The notes beneath the pieces are model-generated. The model had not been told where the DNA came from. It did no database searches and was given only the letters and a program-made list of their open reading frames with translations. A stretch of 64,000 nt of DNA from Nitrospirota bacterium (GTDB taxonomy: Bacteria; Nitrospirota; Thermodesulfovibrionia; Thermodesulfovibrionales; JdFR-88). The stretch covers positions 75,807 through 139,806 of the forward strand of contig JAJYIR010000001.1 in the NCBI GenBank assembly GCA_021789935.1, in the 5' to 3' direction. Numbering within the stretch: position 1 is the stretch's first letter; each line of letters begins with the position of its first letter. This document shows, piece after piece, positions 1-8,217 of this stretch. The translations under genes were made by a program, and so were the position numbers.

Positions 1-1117
1 GTATGCCGGTCAGGGAGAACATGAAGATCAGCATCAGGGCCGCCAGCAATGGATGCGTCTTTGAAAGCCCCGAGTACTCTTCAAGGTCCTCCGCATTTAC
101 GCCTTCGGTCGTAAGCAGTGTCACGACCGTAAAGGCACCTATGTTCATGAAGGCGTATATGAACAGGTAACTCATGGCGCTTGCAAGCCCTTCCGCGCCT
201 CCCGCCGCTATACCCAGCAGCACATAGCCCGCGTGGGCTATGGACGAGTAAGCAAGCATTCTTTTGATGTTCGTCTGCGCTATGGCCAGGATGTTTCCGG
301 CAACCATGCTGAGGATGGAAAGCGCAATTATGAGGCCCGTCCACTCGAATGTCATAGGCCCCAGCGCCAGCATCAATACCCTGCCTATTACGGCGAAGCC
401 GGCCGCCTTGGGCCCAACGGACATGAAGGCGGTGACAGGCGTCGGCGAGCCCTCATACACGTCAGGAGCCCACATATGGAAAGGCACGGCCGCTATCTTG
501 AACCCGAAGGCGGCGACGTACAGTATGGTCGCGAAGGCAAGCGCGGGGTTGCCGGAGAGGCCATGGGACATTATGTACGAGGCCACCGCGCCGATCTCCG
601 TTGAGCCGGTAAGCCCGTACGTAAGGGAGATACCAAAAAGAAGCAGCGCCGAGGCGAATGAGCCAAGCAGAAAATATTTCAGCGCCGCCTCATTGGAGCG
701 TGTGCTGCCGCGCATGAACCCTGCCAGCACGTACAGGGAAAGGGACATGAGCTCCAGCCCCAGATAAACAGTTATAAGGTCCCCCGCCGAGGCCATCACC
801 ATCATGCCGGTGGTGGCAAAAAGCATCAGGGCATAATATTCCCCATGGCCCGCCCGCTCCACGTCCAGATACCCGGCGGAAGAAGCAGCCGGCAGCACGA
901 GGCTTATCAGAAAAATGGCCTTGAAAAACGAGCTGTACCCGTCTGCGATGAACATGCCGCCCCATGCGGCCCCCTGTGCCCCCGTGACGGCAAAAAAAGC
1001 GAAAGCCGCGGCCGCGCAGGTGAGCAGGGCAAAAACGGATTTTCTTTTTATGACCAGATCCAGCAGCAGGATGGCCATGGCGGATACAGCCAGGAGCACC
1101 TCTGGAAGGATTACCAT
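1..1117 (-). CDS. nuoN: NADH-quinone oxidoreductase subunit N (NuoN), C-terminal part cut by the window edge
   Basis: Absent from the ORF track because it runs off the window. My reverse-strand translation from the ATG at 1117-1115 reads MVILPEVLLAVSAMAILLLDLV...YLGLELMSLSLYVLAG...FKIAAVPFHMWAPDVYEGSPTPVTAF...AYSSIAHAGYVLLG. This is the typical polytopic NuoN/ND2 antiporter-like pattern. Confidence 0.85.
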   Translation of the reverse strand, partial: MVILPEVLLAVSAMAILLLDLVIKRKSVFALLTCAAAAFAFFAVTGAQGAAWGGMFIADGYSSFFKAIFLISLVLPAASSAGYLDVERAGHGEYYALMLFATTGMMVMASAGDLITVYLGLELMSLSLYVLAGFMRGSTRSNEAALKYFLLGSFASALLLFGISLTYGLTGSTEIGAVASYIMSHGLSGNPALAFATILYVAAFGFKIAAVPFHMWAPDVYEGSPTPVTAFMSVGPKAAGFAVIGRVLMLALGPMTFEWTGLIIALSILSMVAGNILAIAQTNIKRMLAYSSIAHAGYVLLGIAAGGAEGLASAMSYLFIYAFMNIGAFTVVTLLTTEGVNAEDLEEYSGLSKTHPLLAALMLIFMFSLTGI

Positions 1118-1362
1118 AACCTGTGTCCTGAACAATGGAGATACCTTCTTTCGGGTCAGATATTTTCCATTTGAGGATACTATACATTCAAAACCGCTGT
1201 CAAATCCCGATTAAAGACAAATTTCCCTGACAATTCAAGGCCTGCCACTTAAAACCTGCGGGGCTCGCCGTGAGGACCGCGGTCGAAAACCGGTCACGAA
1301 GCGGAATGTTTTGTACAAAAAAATACGGCACCCTGGACCGCGATTATATCTGCGGCAATTTT

Positions 1363-1590
1363 TCAAAACGGGCCAGGATATTCATGTTTCTGACGCCTTA
1401 TTACCAGTATTGGCCAGCCGCGGGCAGCAACCAGATAATTCTTACCGGAAACGCACCAGCCCGTGAGCCTGGCAGCAGGACTGACATCTACGGGGCGGAT
1501 GCCGGCCTTGGCGTGAATTTCCAGGACAGCCTGGAAACCTGCCGCCCTGCCGCCCGCTAAAACCAATACCTCTGTGTTATAATTTTCCAT
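1363..1590 (-). CDS. Hypothetical 75-aa protein; the N-terminus looks like a degenerate Rossmann dinucleotide-binding start (EVLVLAGGRAAG). Possibly a remnant of an FAD-dependent oxidoreductase.
   Basis: ORF track only. It has a GxGxxG-like but degenerate motif and is too short for a complete oxidoreductase. Confidence 0.25.
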   Translation of the reverse strand: MENYNTEVLVLAGGRAAGFQAVLEIHAKAGIRPVDVSPAARLTGWCVSGKNYLVAARGWPILVIRRQKHEYPGPF

Positions 1591-1611
1591 TACATTGCGG
1601 AGGTTTTAGCC

Positions 1612-3372
1612 GTGCTGAACAGATTGAAAAAAACGTCAGGATCCGTCCTTTTTGCTGCCGTTTCAGCGCTCCTGGTCCTGGTTTCTTTCTCCGGGGCATA
1701 TGCCGGGACGGCCCCATCGATAGCCCCACAAACCAGTTTTAACAATTCTACGGCAGCGCAAGCCCCTCTGGATTCACTAAAGGACGCCCTCGTCTCCTTT
1801 TTCACCCCCATGTGCGGCAATGTCCTCTCCGTAAAGGACGGGGTCCTTACAGCGGCAATAAGCAATTCTTCATCCCCTGTCGTAAACGGCATGCGCTTCC
1901 GGGTGCTGAAAAAAGGCGCCGAATTCTTTCATCCGGTCACCGGGAAGCCTCTCTGGAGGACTGAAGAGCCTACCGGTGCCGCCGAGGCGACAAAGACATT
2001 AACGGGCAAATCCGGCAGCCAGGTGCAACTGAAGATAATAGAAGGCCAGGCCGCGCCTGGAGACGTCGTGCGGATATCGGCCTCCAGGGTAAAACTGCTT
2101 TTCTACCAGCTAAAGAACGTAAGCTGGGGGCTCGCCCAGCAGTATTACGACCTTCTCAGAAAATCAAACAGGTTCGATCTGCTGTCCAGCCCCATGGACG
2201 ATGAAAAAGACGCCCTTGCCGAAGGCAAACGGCTAAAGGCCGATGCCGTCCTCATCGTTTCACAGGGGACAGAAGGAGGCAGTGCGATACTCACACAAAA
2301 GCTCATCTGGGCCTCCGAGTCCACCCCGGCAATGGTTTCGGGGGCGGTAATCGGTCAGAAGAACTATAAGTATCTGACCCTTGGGGACAGGCTCTTTACT
2401 CCGAAAAGCAGCTCCCTCATTACGTTTAGTGTCCCGTTCGGGGCGCGCATGATCTCACTTGCGGATGTGCTTGGCAAGGGCAATCAAATCCTGGCCATCG
2501 CTTCGAGCGATGACATATCGTTTTACAACATAAGCAATTCCCTGCTGGCCCCTGCCCTCGACGGCGCTGAGATAAAAGCGAAAAAGACGGACCGGTTCCT
2601 TAAGGTACAGGCCGCTGACGTGACCGGCAGCGGAAAGGACCAGATAATCACCGCGGCAAAAAGGGGAGACGATATAGTTTCCGCAATATATGCTTACAAG
2701 GGCGGCTCGTTCCACAGGCTATGGGAAGGCCCCTTTTTCCTCAGGGGAATTGACGGCAAGCTCTATGCCCAGAAAGCCAGCATGGCCCAGGGGTTCAAGG
2801 GCGGCGTGCACCGGGTGAGACTTGTAGAAGGCCGTCTGGTGTGGGGCGTCAAGTTGCCGCTGCCCGCCGGCGTGAACATCTACGATTTCTCCTTTATGCG
2901 GTACGGGGGCCGGATATTAACTATAGCTTATGACAACCAGGGGGCCGTAAGCGTCTATGACAACAACGGTCTCGCTGTCTGGAAGAGCTCAAGCACCTTC
3001 GGGGGCTTTCCGGAAAGCTTCAAAAAAGAGAACTACAACCCGGCGTCGGATGACGGGCATTGGTGCATCAAGGACAATATAGAGGTTATGGGCCATGACG
3101 CCCTGCTCATAGACAGGCAGTACCTGATAAAGATGGTCCAGGGTCTGGGGTACAAGAGTTCCCGCATAAATGTCCTCCGGTGGAACGGGACTGGCATGCA
3201 GGAGCTTGTGCTGGGGGACAGGATAGGCGGCACCATCATGGATTTCGCGGCATCAAAAAACCGCCTCATGATCCTGGCAAGCCCGGTGTTCGGGCTTAAT
3301 CTGGCAAAGATACTCCAGGGCGAGTCCCCGTTTATCACGCGTCTGTACATGTACCCTCTGGAGGGTGAATGA
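1612..3372 (+). CDS. Secreted repeat protein with FG-GAP/VCBS-like repeats
   Basis: N-terminal signal peptide (KKTSGSVLFAAVSALLVLVSFSGAYA). Recurring D-x-x-G-x-G-x-x-Q-I segments (ADVTGSGKDQIITAA, LADVLGKGNQILAIAS). Its stop overlaps the uppS start (ATGA). Confidence 0.6.
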   Translation: MLNRLKKTSGSVLFAAVSALLVLVSFSGAYAGTAPSIAPQTSFNNSTAAQAPLDSLKDALVSFFTPMCGNVLSVKDGVLTAAISNSSSPVVNGMRFRVLKKGAEFFHPVTGKPLWRTEEPTGAAEATKTLTGKSGSQVQLKIIEGQAAPGDVVRISASRVKLLFYQLKNVSWGLAQQYYDLLRKSNRFDLLSSPMDDEKDALAEGKRLKADAVLIVSQGTEGGSAILTQKLIWASESTPAMVSGAVIGQKNYKYLTLGDRLFTPKSSSLITFSVPFGARMISLADVLGKGNQILAIASSDDISFYNISNSLLAPALDGAEIKAKKTDRFLKVQAADVTGSGKDQIITAAKRGDDIVSAIYAYKGGSFHRLWEGPFFLRGIDGKLYAQKASMAQGFKGGVHRVRLVEGRLVWGVKLPLPAGVNIYDFSFMRYGGRILTIAYDNQGAVSVYDNNGLAVWKSSSTFGGFPESFKKENYNPASDDGHWCIKDNIEVMGHDALLIDRQYLIKMVQGLGYKSSRINVLRWNGTGMQELVLGDRIGGTIMDFAASKNRLMILASPVFGLNLAKILQGESPFITRLYMYPLEGE

Positions 3373-4082
3373 AACCGGAATTCCCGCCAGACAATATGCC
3401 GGGCCATGTGGGCATCATCATGGACGGCAACGGCAGATGGGCCGAGATGAAGGGGCTGCCCAGGGTGGAAGGCCACAGGCGCGGGGCTGACCGCGCAAAG
3501 GAAATAATAGAGGCGAGCAAGGAGTTTGGAATAAAGGCCCTTACGCTCTATGCGTTTTCGCTGGAAAACTGGCAAAGACCAGGGGCGGAAGTGGCCATGA
3601 TAATGAAGCTCCTGGAGATATACCTTAGAAGAGAAATGTATGAGTTCAAGAAGGAAGGCATCCGCTTCAGGGCGGTGGGAGACTTAAACAGGCTTTCCCA
3701 GGGAGTGCGCAGCCTTGTGGCCCAGGCCGAAGCGCTTACATCCGCATGCAAGAATATGGCGCTCACCGCGGCCATAAGCTACGGAGGCAGGGACGAGATC
3801 GTAAGGGCGGTGAAGAAGGCATTGCAGTCCGGCATCGCGCCGCAGGACATCAGCGAAAACTCCTTTTCGGACCTTCTTGACACCAAAGGACTGCCTGACC
3901 CCGACCTCATAATAAGGACTTCCGGAGAAAAGAGGATGAGCAATTTCCTCCTGTGGCAATCGGCCTATTCCGAGCTTTATTTCACGGACACCCTCTGGCC
4001 CGAATTCGGCAGAGAGGAACTCCTCGGGGCGCTTCGGGACTACCAGGTGCGTGACAGGAGATTCGGGGCCGTAAAGCTCTGA
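3369..4082 (+). CDS. uppS: Undecaprenyl diphosphate synthase (isoprenyl transferase)
   Basis: GHVGIIMDGNGRWA motif, IRTSGEKRMSNFLLWQSAYSELYF, and the typical length. Confidence 0.95.
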   Translation: MKPEFPPDNMPGHVGIIMDGNGRWAEMKGLPRVEGHRRGADRAKEIIEASKEFGIKALTLYAFSLENWQRPGAEVAMIMKLLEIYLRREMYEFKKEGIRFRAVGDLNRLSQGVRSLVAQAEALTSACKNMALTAAISYGGRDEIVRAVKKALQSGIAPQDISENSFSDLLDTKGLPDPDLIIRTSGEKRMSNFLLWQSAYSELYFTDTLWPEFGREELLGALRDYQVRDRRFGAVKL

Positions 4083-4909
4083 TGCAAATCAAAAGGCTCC
4101 TGACAGCCGCGGTTCTGGTACCCGTTTTCTATCTGTATATAACAAAGCTCCCCGGGATATGGTTTGACGGCCTTGCCGCTGCCATGGGCATGCTGGCCCT
4201 TTGGGAGTTCCTGCATTTTTACGGCGTCCGGGGAGTGATGAAGCTTGTGGGCATGGGACTTGGCCTTTTCTTCCTGGCGGCGGCGGCATTAAGCGGCCCG
4301 GAATTGTCCGTCCCTTTTTTGAGATCTTTTTTCTTTCTTCCCCCGGGCATCTACCCGTTCCTTCTTCTGGTGGCAGTTACGATAAGGCTTTTTAAAACCG
4401 GTCCTTCCTTCGCCATGAAGGACATCTCGCCGGTAATGTTGGCCCTCCTCTACATACCGGGCCTGATCGTTTACCAGATGTTTCTGAGAGATTTTTTCGG
4501 TGCGCACTGGGTTATATTCCTTTACGGCACCGTGTGGATAGGAGACAGCGCCGCCCTGTACGCCGGCCGCAGCCTTGGCAAAAGAAAATTATACCCGGAG
4601 GTAAGCCCGAACAAGACCGTTGCAGGTGCGATCGGGTCTGTAATTGGGGGAAGCGCCGCCGGGTTTGCCGCAAGTTTGGTCTTTAAGCTTGGCATCTCAT
4701 CCGGGACGGCCTCCCTGCTGGGGCTTTTGATGGGCACTACGGCCATAGCCGGAGACCTGGTGGAATCCATGTTCAAAAGGGACGCGGGGGTAAAGGATTC
4801 GGGCAGCTTCCTGCCCGGCCACGGCGGCATGCTCGACAAACTGGACGGGCCGCTTTTTTCGGCTCCAATCCTCTATTGGGGACTGCTCCTTCTTGGCGTT
4901 AAGCTTTAA
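4082..4909 (+). CDS. cdsA: Phosphatidate cytidylyltransferase
   Basis: Polytopic membrane protein with GDSAALYAGRSLGKRKLYPEVSPNKTVAGAIGS and GHGGMLDKLD. TGATG overlap with uppS; the conserved uppS-cdsA order is kept. Confidence 0.9.
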   Translation: MQIKRLLTAAVLVPVFYLYITKLPGIWFDGLAAAMGMLALWEFLHFYGVRGVMKLVGMGLGLFFLAAAALSGPELSVPFLRSFFFLPPGIYPFLLLVAVTIRLFKTGPSFAMKDISPVMLALLYIPGLIVYQMFLRDFFGAHWVIFLYGTVWIGDSAALYAGRSLGKRKLYPEVSPNKTVAGAIGSVIGGSAAGFAASLVFKLGISSGTASLLGLLMGTTAIAGDLVESMFKRDAGVKDSGSFLPGHGGMLDKLDGPLFSAPILYWGLLLLGVKL

Positions 4910-5006
4910 TTAAAAGAGGAAACGCCCTTGACTGACGCAAGCGGACGGCCGGGAAAGCCGCTTCATCCATCCTCTGGAAGCAGAAAAATAGAAAGGATTT
5001 TTTGTT

Positions 5007-6125
5007 TTGCCTTCATCAGGCCGCCGGGTCATCATAAGAAAAGCGGAATATGATTACAGGACCTTGAGGCCTGTGTTCTTCGGGATCATGGACTCCATCG
5101 GCGGAGGCGGCATTGCCCGGAGCAGCCGGGTGGTGATAAAGCCCAACCTCCTTGCCCCCGCGCCTCCGGAAAAGGCCATTGTTACCCATCCGCTGGTGGT
5201 AAAGGCCGCCGTGGAATATGTGCTTGAGCGGGGTGCCTTCCCGATTATTTCAGACAGTCCCGCAATGGGGTCCTTTGAAAAAGTTCTGAAGGAAAGCGGG
5301 ATCAGGGACGCCCTTGAAGGGCTTCCCGTCGAATACAGGGAGTTCAGGGAATCAGCCCAGGTGGCCGCGGGGGTGCCTTTCCGTACTCTTTCCATCGCCC
5401 GGGACGCCCTTGATGCCGACATATTGATAAACCTGCCGAAGCTGAAAACCCATGCCCAGATGCTGCTTACCCTCGGCGTGAAAAACCTGTTTGGATGCAT
5501 CGTCGGGCTAAGCAAACCGGAATGGCATTTCAGGACCGGGGTGGACAGAGAGATGTTTGCCAGGCTTCTGGTGGAGGTATACAAGGCGGTAAAGCCTTCT
5601 TTCAGCGTTCTTGACGGCATTCTTGCAATGGAAGGGCAAGGGCCGGGAAGAAGCGGGGTGCCGCGCGAAATCGGTGTGTTGATGGGCAGCAGCGATGCGG
5701 TGGCCCTTGATGAGGCGGTGTGCGGGATGTTAGGCATCAAGCCTGAGGAATTACTGACCTGCAGGGCCGCCAGGGACATGGGCCTGGCCGGGGAGGCCAT
5801 CTCCATAGACGGGGAAGCGCCTTTCGTCAGGGACTTCAGACTCCCGTCTGTAGGCTCCCTGGTGTTTGGTCCAAAGTGGCTGCATGGCGGGCTCAGGCGG
5901 CATTTTGTGCAGAGGCCGGCCAGTGATGATGAAGCCTGCGCCCTGTGCGGAGAATGCTGGAAATATTGCCCTGCGCAGGCAATAAAGCGCAAAGGCAGAA
6001 AACTCCGGTTCGATTATGACAAGTGCATCAGATGCTACTGCTGCATAGAGGTGTGTCCGCACGGCGCGCTAAGGGCGGTTGATACCCTGCCTGGCAAACT
6101 GCTTCGGAAGATCACGAAAAGATAA
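5007..6125 (+). CDS. DUF362 domain protein with a C-terminal 2x[4Fe-4S] ferredoxin module
   Basis: DUF362-like core (VIIKPNLL..., LPKLKTHAQM, GILAMEGQGP). C-terminal CALCGECWKYCP and CIRCYCCIEVCP cluster motifs. TTG start with GAAAGGA upstream. Confidence 0.8.
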   Translation: MPSSGRRVIIRKAEYDYRTLRPVFFGIMDSIGGGGIARSSRVVIKPNLLAPAPPEKAIVTHPLVVKAAVEYVLERGAFPIISDSPAMGSFEKVLKESGIRDALEGLPVEYREFRESAQVAAGVPFRTLSIARDALDADILINLPKLKTHAQMLLTLGVKNLFGCIVGLSKPEWHFRTGVDREMFARLLVEVYKAVKPSFSVLDGILAMEGQGPGRSGVPREIGVLMGSSDAVALDEAVCGMLGIKPEELLTCRAARDMGLAGEAISIDGEAPFVRDFRLPSVGSLVFGPKWLHGGLRRHFVQRPASDDEACALCGECWKYCPAQAIKRKGRKLRFDYDKCIRCYCCIEVCPHGALRAVDTLPGKLLRKITKR

Positions 6126-6368
6126 AAGATAGGCGTCCGGGCTTATGGCTGCGCGGAATTCAAAAAACAAAAAAACAAAAAAAAGAAAAATGAAAAAGCT
6201 GCCCTCGGCGATAGATACAAAGCTAAAAAGACGTGTTTTTCTGCCCGCCTGCGCGGTGCTGAATTTTTTTCCGCCGCTTGTTTATAATAGATGCGGTTTT
6301 GAACTGCGGACCGTATCGGGTGCCTTTTGTTTATCAATACAGCCGTTACCAAAAGGAGGTAAGTTACT

Positions 6369-6701
6369 GTGCTTCTGGATGTAGTTATTGGGAAGGACTC
6401 CTTGTCCATGCAAATTGACGACCCTTTTCACATTGACCTGAATTCCTTTGTTGAACGGATCGAGGATTTTGCCTCCAGCAACGGCGTAAACGTCCAGGCG
6501 CTTGATGTGCGCAATATCATTCCCGGAATGATAAAAGGGATAGCAGGATGCGAGCACGGTTGCCCCGCAAACGCCAAGGGCTTTGTATCGGCGGGGTTCG
6601 ACGGGTTCGACCTGGAGTACATAGAAGGCGGGATACTTTCTGCCGCCGCGCAAGTGGGGGGTGGCAAGGTCCTCTACCTGAAGATGTTTCCGGATTTTTG
6701 A
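6369..6701 (+). CDS. Hypothetical 110-aa protein with a GCEHGCPANAKG motif
   Basis: GTG start 7 nt after a strong AAAGGAGG Shine-Dalgarno. Followed by the hairpin CCCCGGCCG...CGGCCTGGGG. I recognise no family. Confidence 0.5.
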   Translation: MLLDVVIGKDSLSMQIDDPFHIDLNSFVERIEDFASSNGVNVQALDVRNIIPGMIKGIAGCEHGCPANAKGFVSAGFDGFDLEYIEGGILSAAAQVGGGKVLYLKMFPDF

Positions 6702-7047
6702 TCTCTCCCCGGCCGCAGAAATCGGCCTGGGGCCGTGATAAGGGGTTCGTTTGTTTTTGTCCATGGCGGGGGTTATGCGCAGGCATACCCGCCCGGACCC
6801 GCACACAAGAAATCTTTCATTCACTCCCCGGTTTCCGCACTGCCGCGTTTCGCTGCAAGTTTCTTTTAGAAAAAGATATCCCTGCTGCCTGTGCTGCCTG
6901 AAGCATGATGCGAAGTCCCCCTTCTACTTCGCGCGATACATAGTCTGCTTCCGCGCTAAGATTCCGGTTGTACATCGCACATTAAGAATCTGTTATAATT
7001 CCGAAGGTTACGATTGAAAATCTTGAGGTATTGAAAAAGGGTAAAAA

Positions 7048-7182
7048 ATGGCGATACCTGATTTTCAGAGTATAATGCTACCGCTCCTCAAACTTCTTGC
7101 TGATGGGCAAGAGCAATTCGATTCCGTATGGGTCTCGCGAAATAATCCAAAGGGAAAAATGAAGCCTCTTTTAAATAGGTAA
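7048..7182 (+). pseudogene. Truncated Mrr-type restriction endonuclease (N-terminal winged-helix fragment only)
   Basis: Too short for the ORF track. MAIPDFQSIMLPLLKLLADGQE is the characteristic start of the Mrr_N domain. The similarity ends after about 22 aa and the frame stops at codon 45. Confidence 0.6.
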
Positions 7183-7293
7183 ATGTCTCTTATAATTATT
7201 ATCGGCATTCTTATAGTGATATGGAAATTGCATGCGCCGCTGCCGAACAAATATCGGCAGGCTAAAAGGCGTAGTAGGCGGCGTCGTGGATGA
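7183..7293 (+). CDS. Possible 36-aa mini-protein: one hydrophobic helix plus an Arg-rich tail
   Basis: My translation: MSLIIIIGILIVIWKLHAPLPNKYRQAKRRSRRRRG. The ATG overlaps the stop of the Mrr remnant (TAAATG). No clear SD. It could be non-coding. Confidence 0.2.
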   Translation: MSLIIIIGILIVIWKLHAPLPNKYRQAKRRSRRRRG

Positions 7294-7329
7294 AGTGTGA
7301 ATTGCGCTAAAAAGGACGAGGAGACAAAT

Positions 7330-7602
7330 ATGCCAGAGTGGTTTGAGGAGAAATTAATACCTGATGCAAAACTGGGGCGCTGTCCAAAATGTGGAGAGCA
7401 GACAGTAGTCTTTAATCCCAACAATCCGCACGGCGGTGATGATTTGCAATATATGGGTGGCAAGGGAGAAACATCTTTCGCGTATTTCCAAATCAAATGT
7501 AAGGCTTGCGATTGGCATGGCGAAGAAATATATAAAATGGTTTTTGTCGGTGTAAAAGATGGATGGACCGAAACAGATGGTTTTGTCGAGTTCGGTTTGT
7601 AA
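7330..7602 (+). CDS. Small zinc-ribbon protein (90 aa), first gene of the AT-rich cassette
   Basis: CPKC...(37 aa)...CKAC pairs. GAGGAG SD 6 nt upstream of the ATG at 7330; the track's GTG at 7297 is less likely. Confidence 0.55.
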   Translation: MPEWFEEKLIPDAKLGRCPKCGEQTVVFNPNNPHGGDDLQYMGGKGETSFAYFQIKCKACDWHGEEIYKMVFVGVKDGWTETDGFVEFGL

Positions 7603-7617
7603 ATTGAATTAAATCTA

Positions 7618-8217
7618 ATGAAATACAAAAATTTCCGAATTGGTTTTTGGCATCCGTTTGGGCCGCATAGTGACGAATCAGCCGAGCACATTTTAATGCG
7701 CAAAACGAAAGAAGCAGAGAGGAACGGTTGGACGCTATGGTCGTTTCAGCCTCGGCAAACATTATTAGAATGGTACCGTCAAATAAAAATCACAAATCCG
7801 AAAAAAGTATTTGTCTTTTGCTCCGCCGGTAATGGAAAGGATCCTGTTGAAAATGGCAGCCCTGCAATAAATTGCAGTAGCTATCGTTTCATTAATAATG
7901 AGAAATGGTTTTCAATTCCGAAACGGATTCGTGTCGGACATCCTTTTCGCTCCGGCAAGGGAAACGCATCTGCCTTTATAGTGCAGAAAGTTATACATCC
8001 TATCAATTCATTTGATCCGCCTGCTGTGGAATGGTTGTCAAAAGAAGGAAATTGGCAGCAGGGATATCAATCAAAAAAAGGCTGGGTTCCTCGATTACCA
8101 AGCCGACCCGAATATCTTGTAAGGCCGGGCGGGACGGCAAAAATGGGGCAAGTCCGCGCGATACTCGAACTAAAGTCACCATATTTGGCAGTCGTAAGCA
8201 CGGATTTATATGAGTAA
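7618..8217 (+). CDS. Hypothetical 199-aa protein with no recognisable family, second gene of the cassette
   Basis: A clean ORF in AT-rich DNA, where long ORFs are unlikely by chance. 15-nt gap to the upstream gene and 8-nt overlap with the downstream gene. Confidence 0.6.
   Translation: MKYKNFRIGFWHPFGPHSDESAEHILMRKTKEAERNGWTLWSFQPRQTLLEWYRQIKITNPKKVFVFCSAGNGKDPVENGSPAINCSSYRFINNEKWFSIPKRIRVGHPFRSGKGNASAFIVQKVIHPINSFDPPAVEWLSKEGNWQQGYQSKKGWVPRLPSRPEYLVRPGGTAKMGQVRAILELKSPYLAVVSTDLYE

Noticed and set aside
5054-5992. A 312-aa minus-strand ORF antisense to the DUF362 gene. Similar cases are 13111-14292 (+), 15886-17019 (+), 20734-21666 (-), 23822-24769 (-), 34119-35000 (-) and 48365-49855 (+).
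   Set aside because: These are shadow ORFs opposite well-supported genes. Their translations are low-complexity and Arg/Gly/Pro/His-rich with no motifs, and each overlaps a gene with clear family signatures.
6143-6409. Short ORFs on both strands across the A-tract region after the DUF362 gene (88 aa and 79 aa).
   Set aside because: The translations are poly-Lys/Phe runs produced by the A/T tracts. This is intergenic promoter or terminator DNA.
7065-7703. A 212-aa minus-strand ORF spanning the Mrr remnant and the first cassette genes.
   Set aside because: It has no SD and a Ser/Phe/Ile-rich, nonsense-like sequence. It is antisense to ORFs that have SDs and zinc-ribbon motifs. Its length is explained by the chance lack of stops in this frame.
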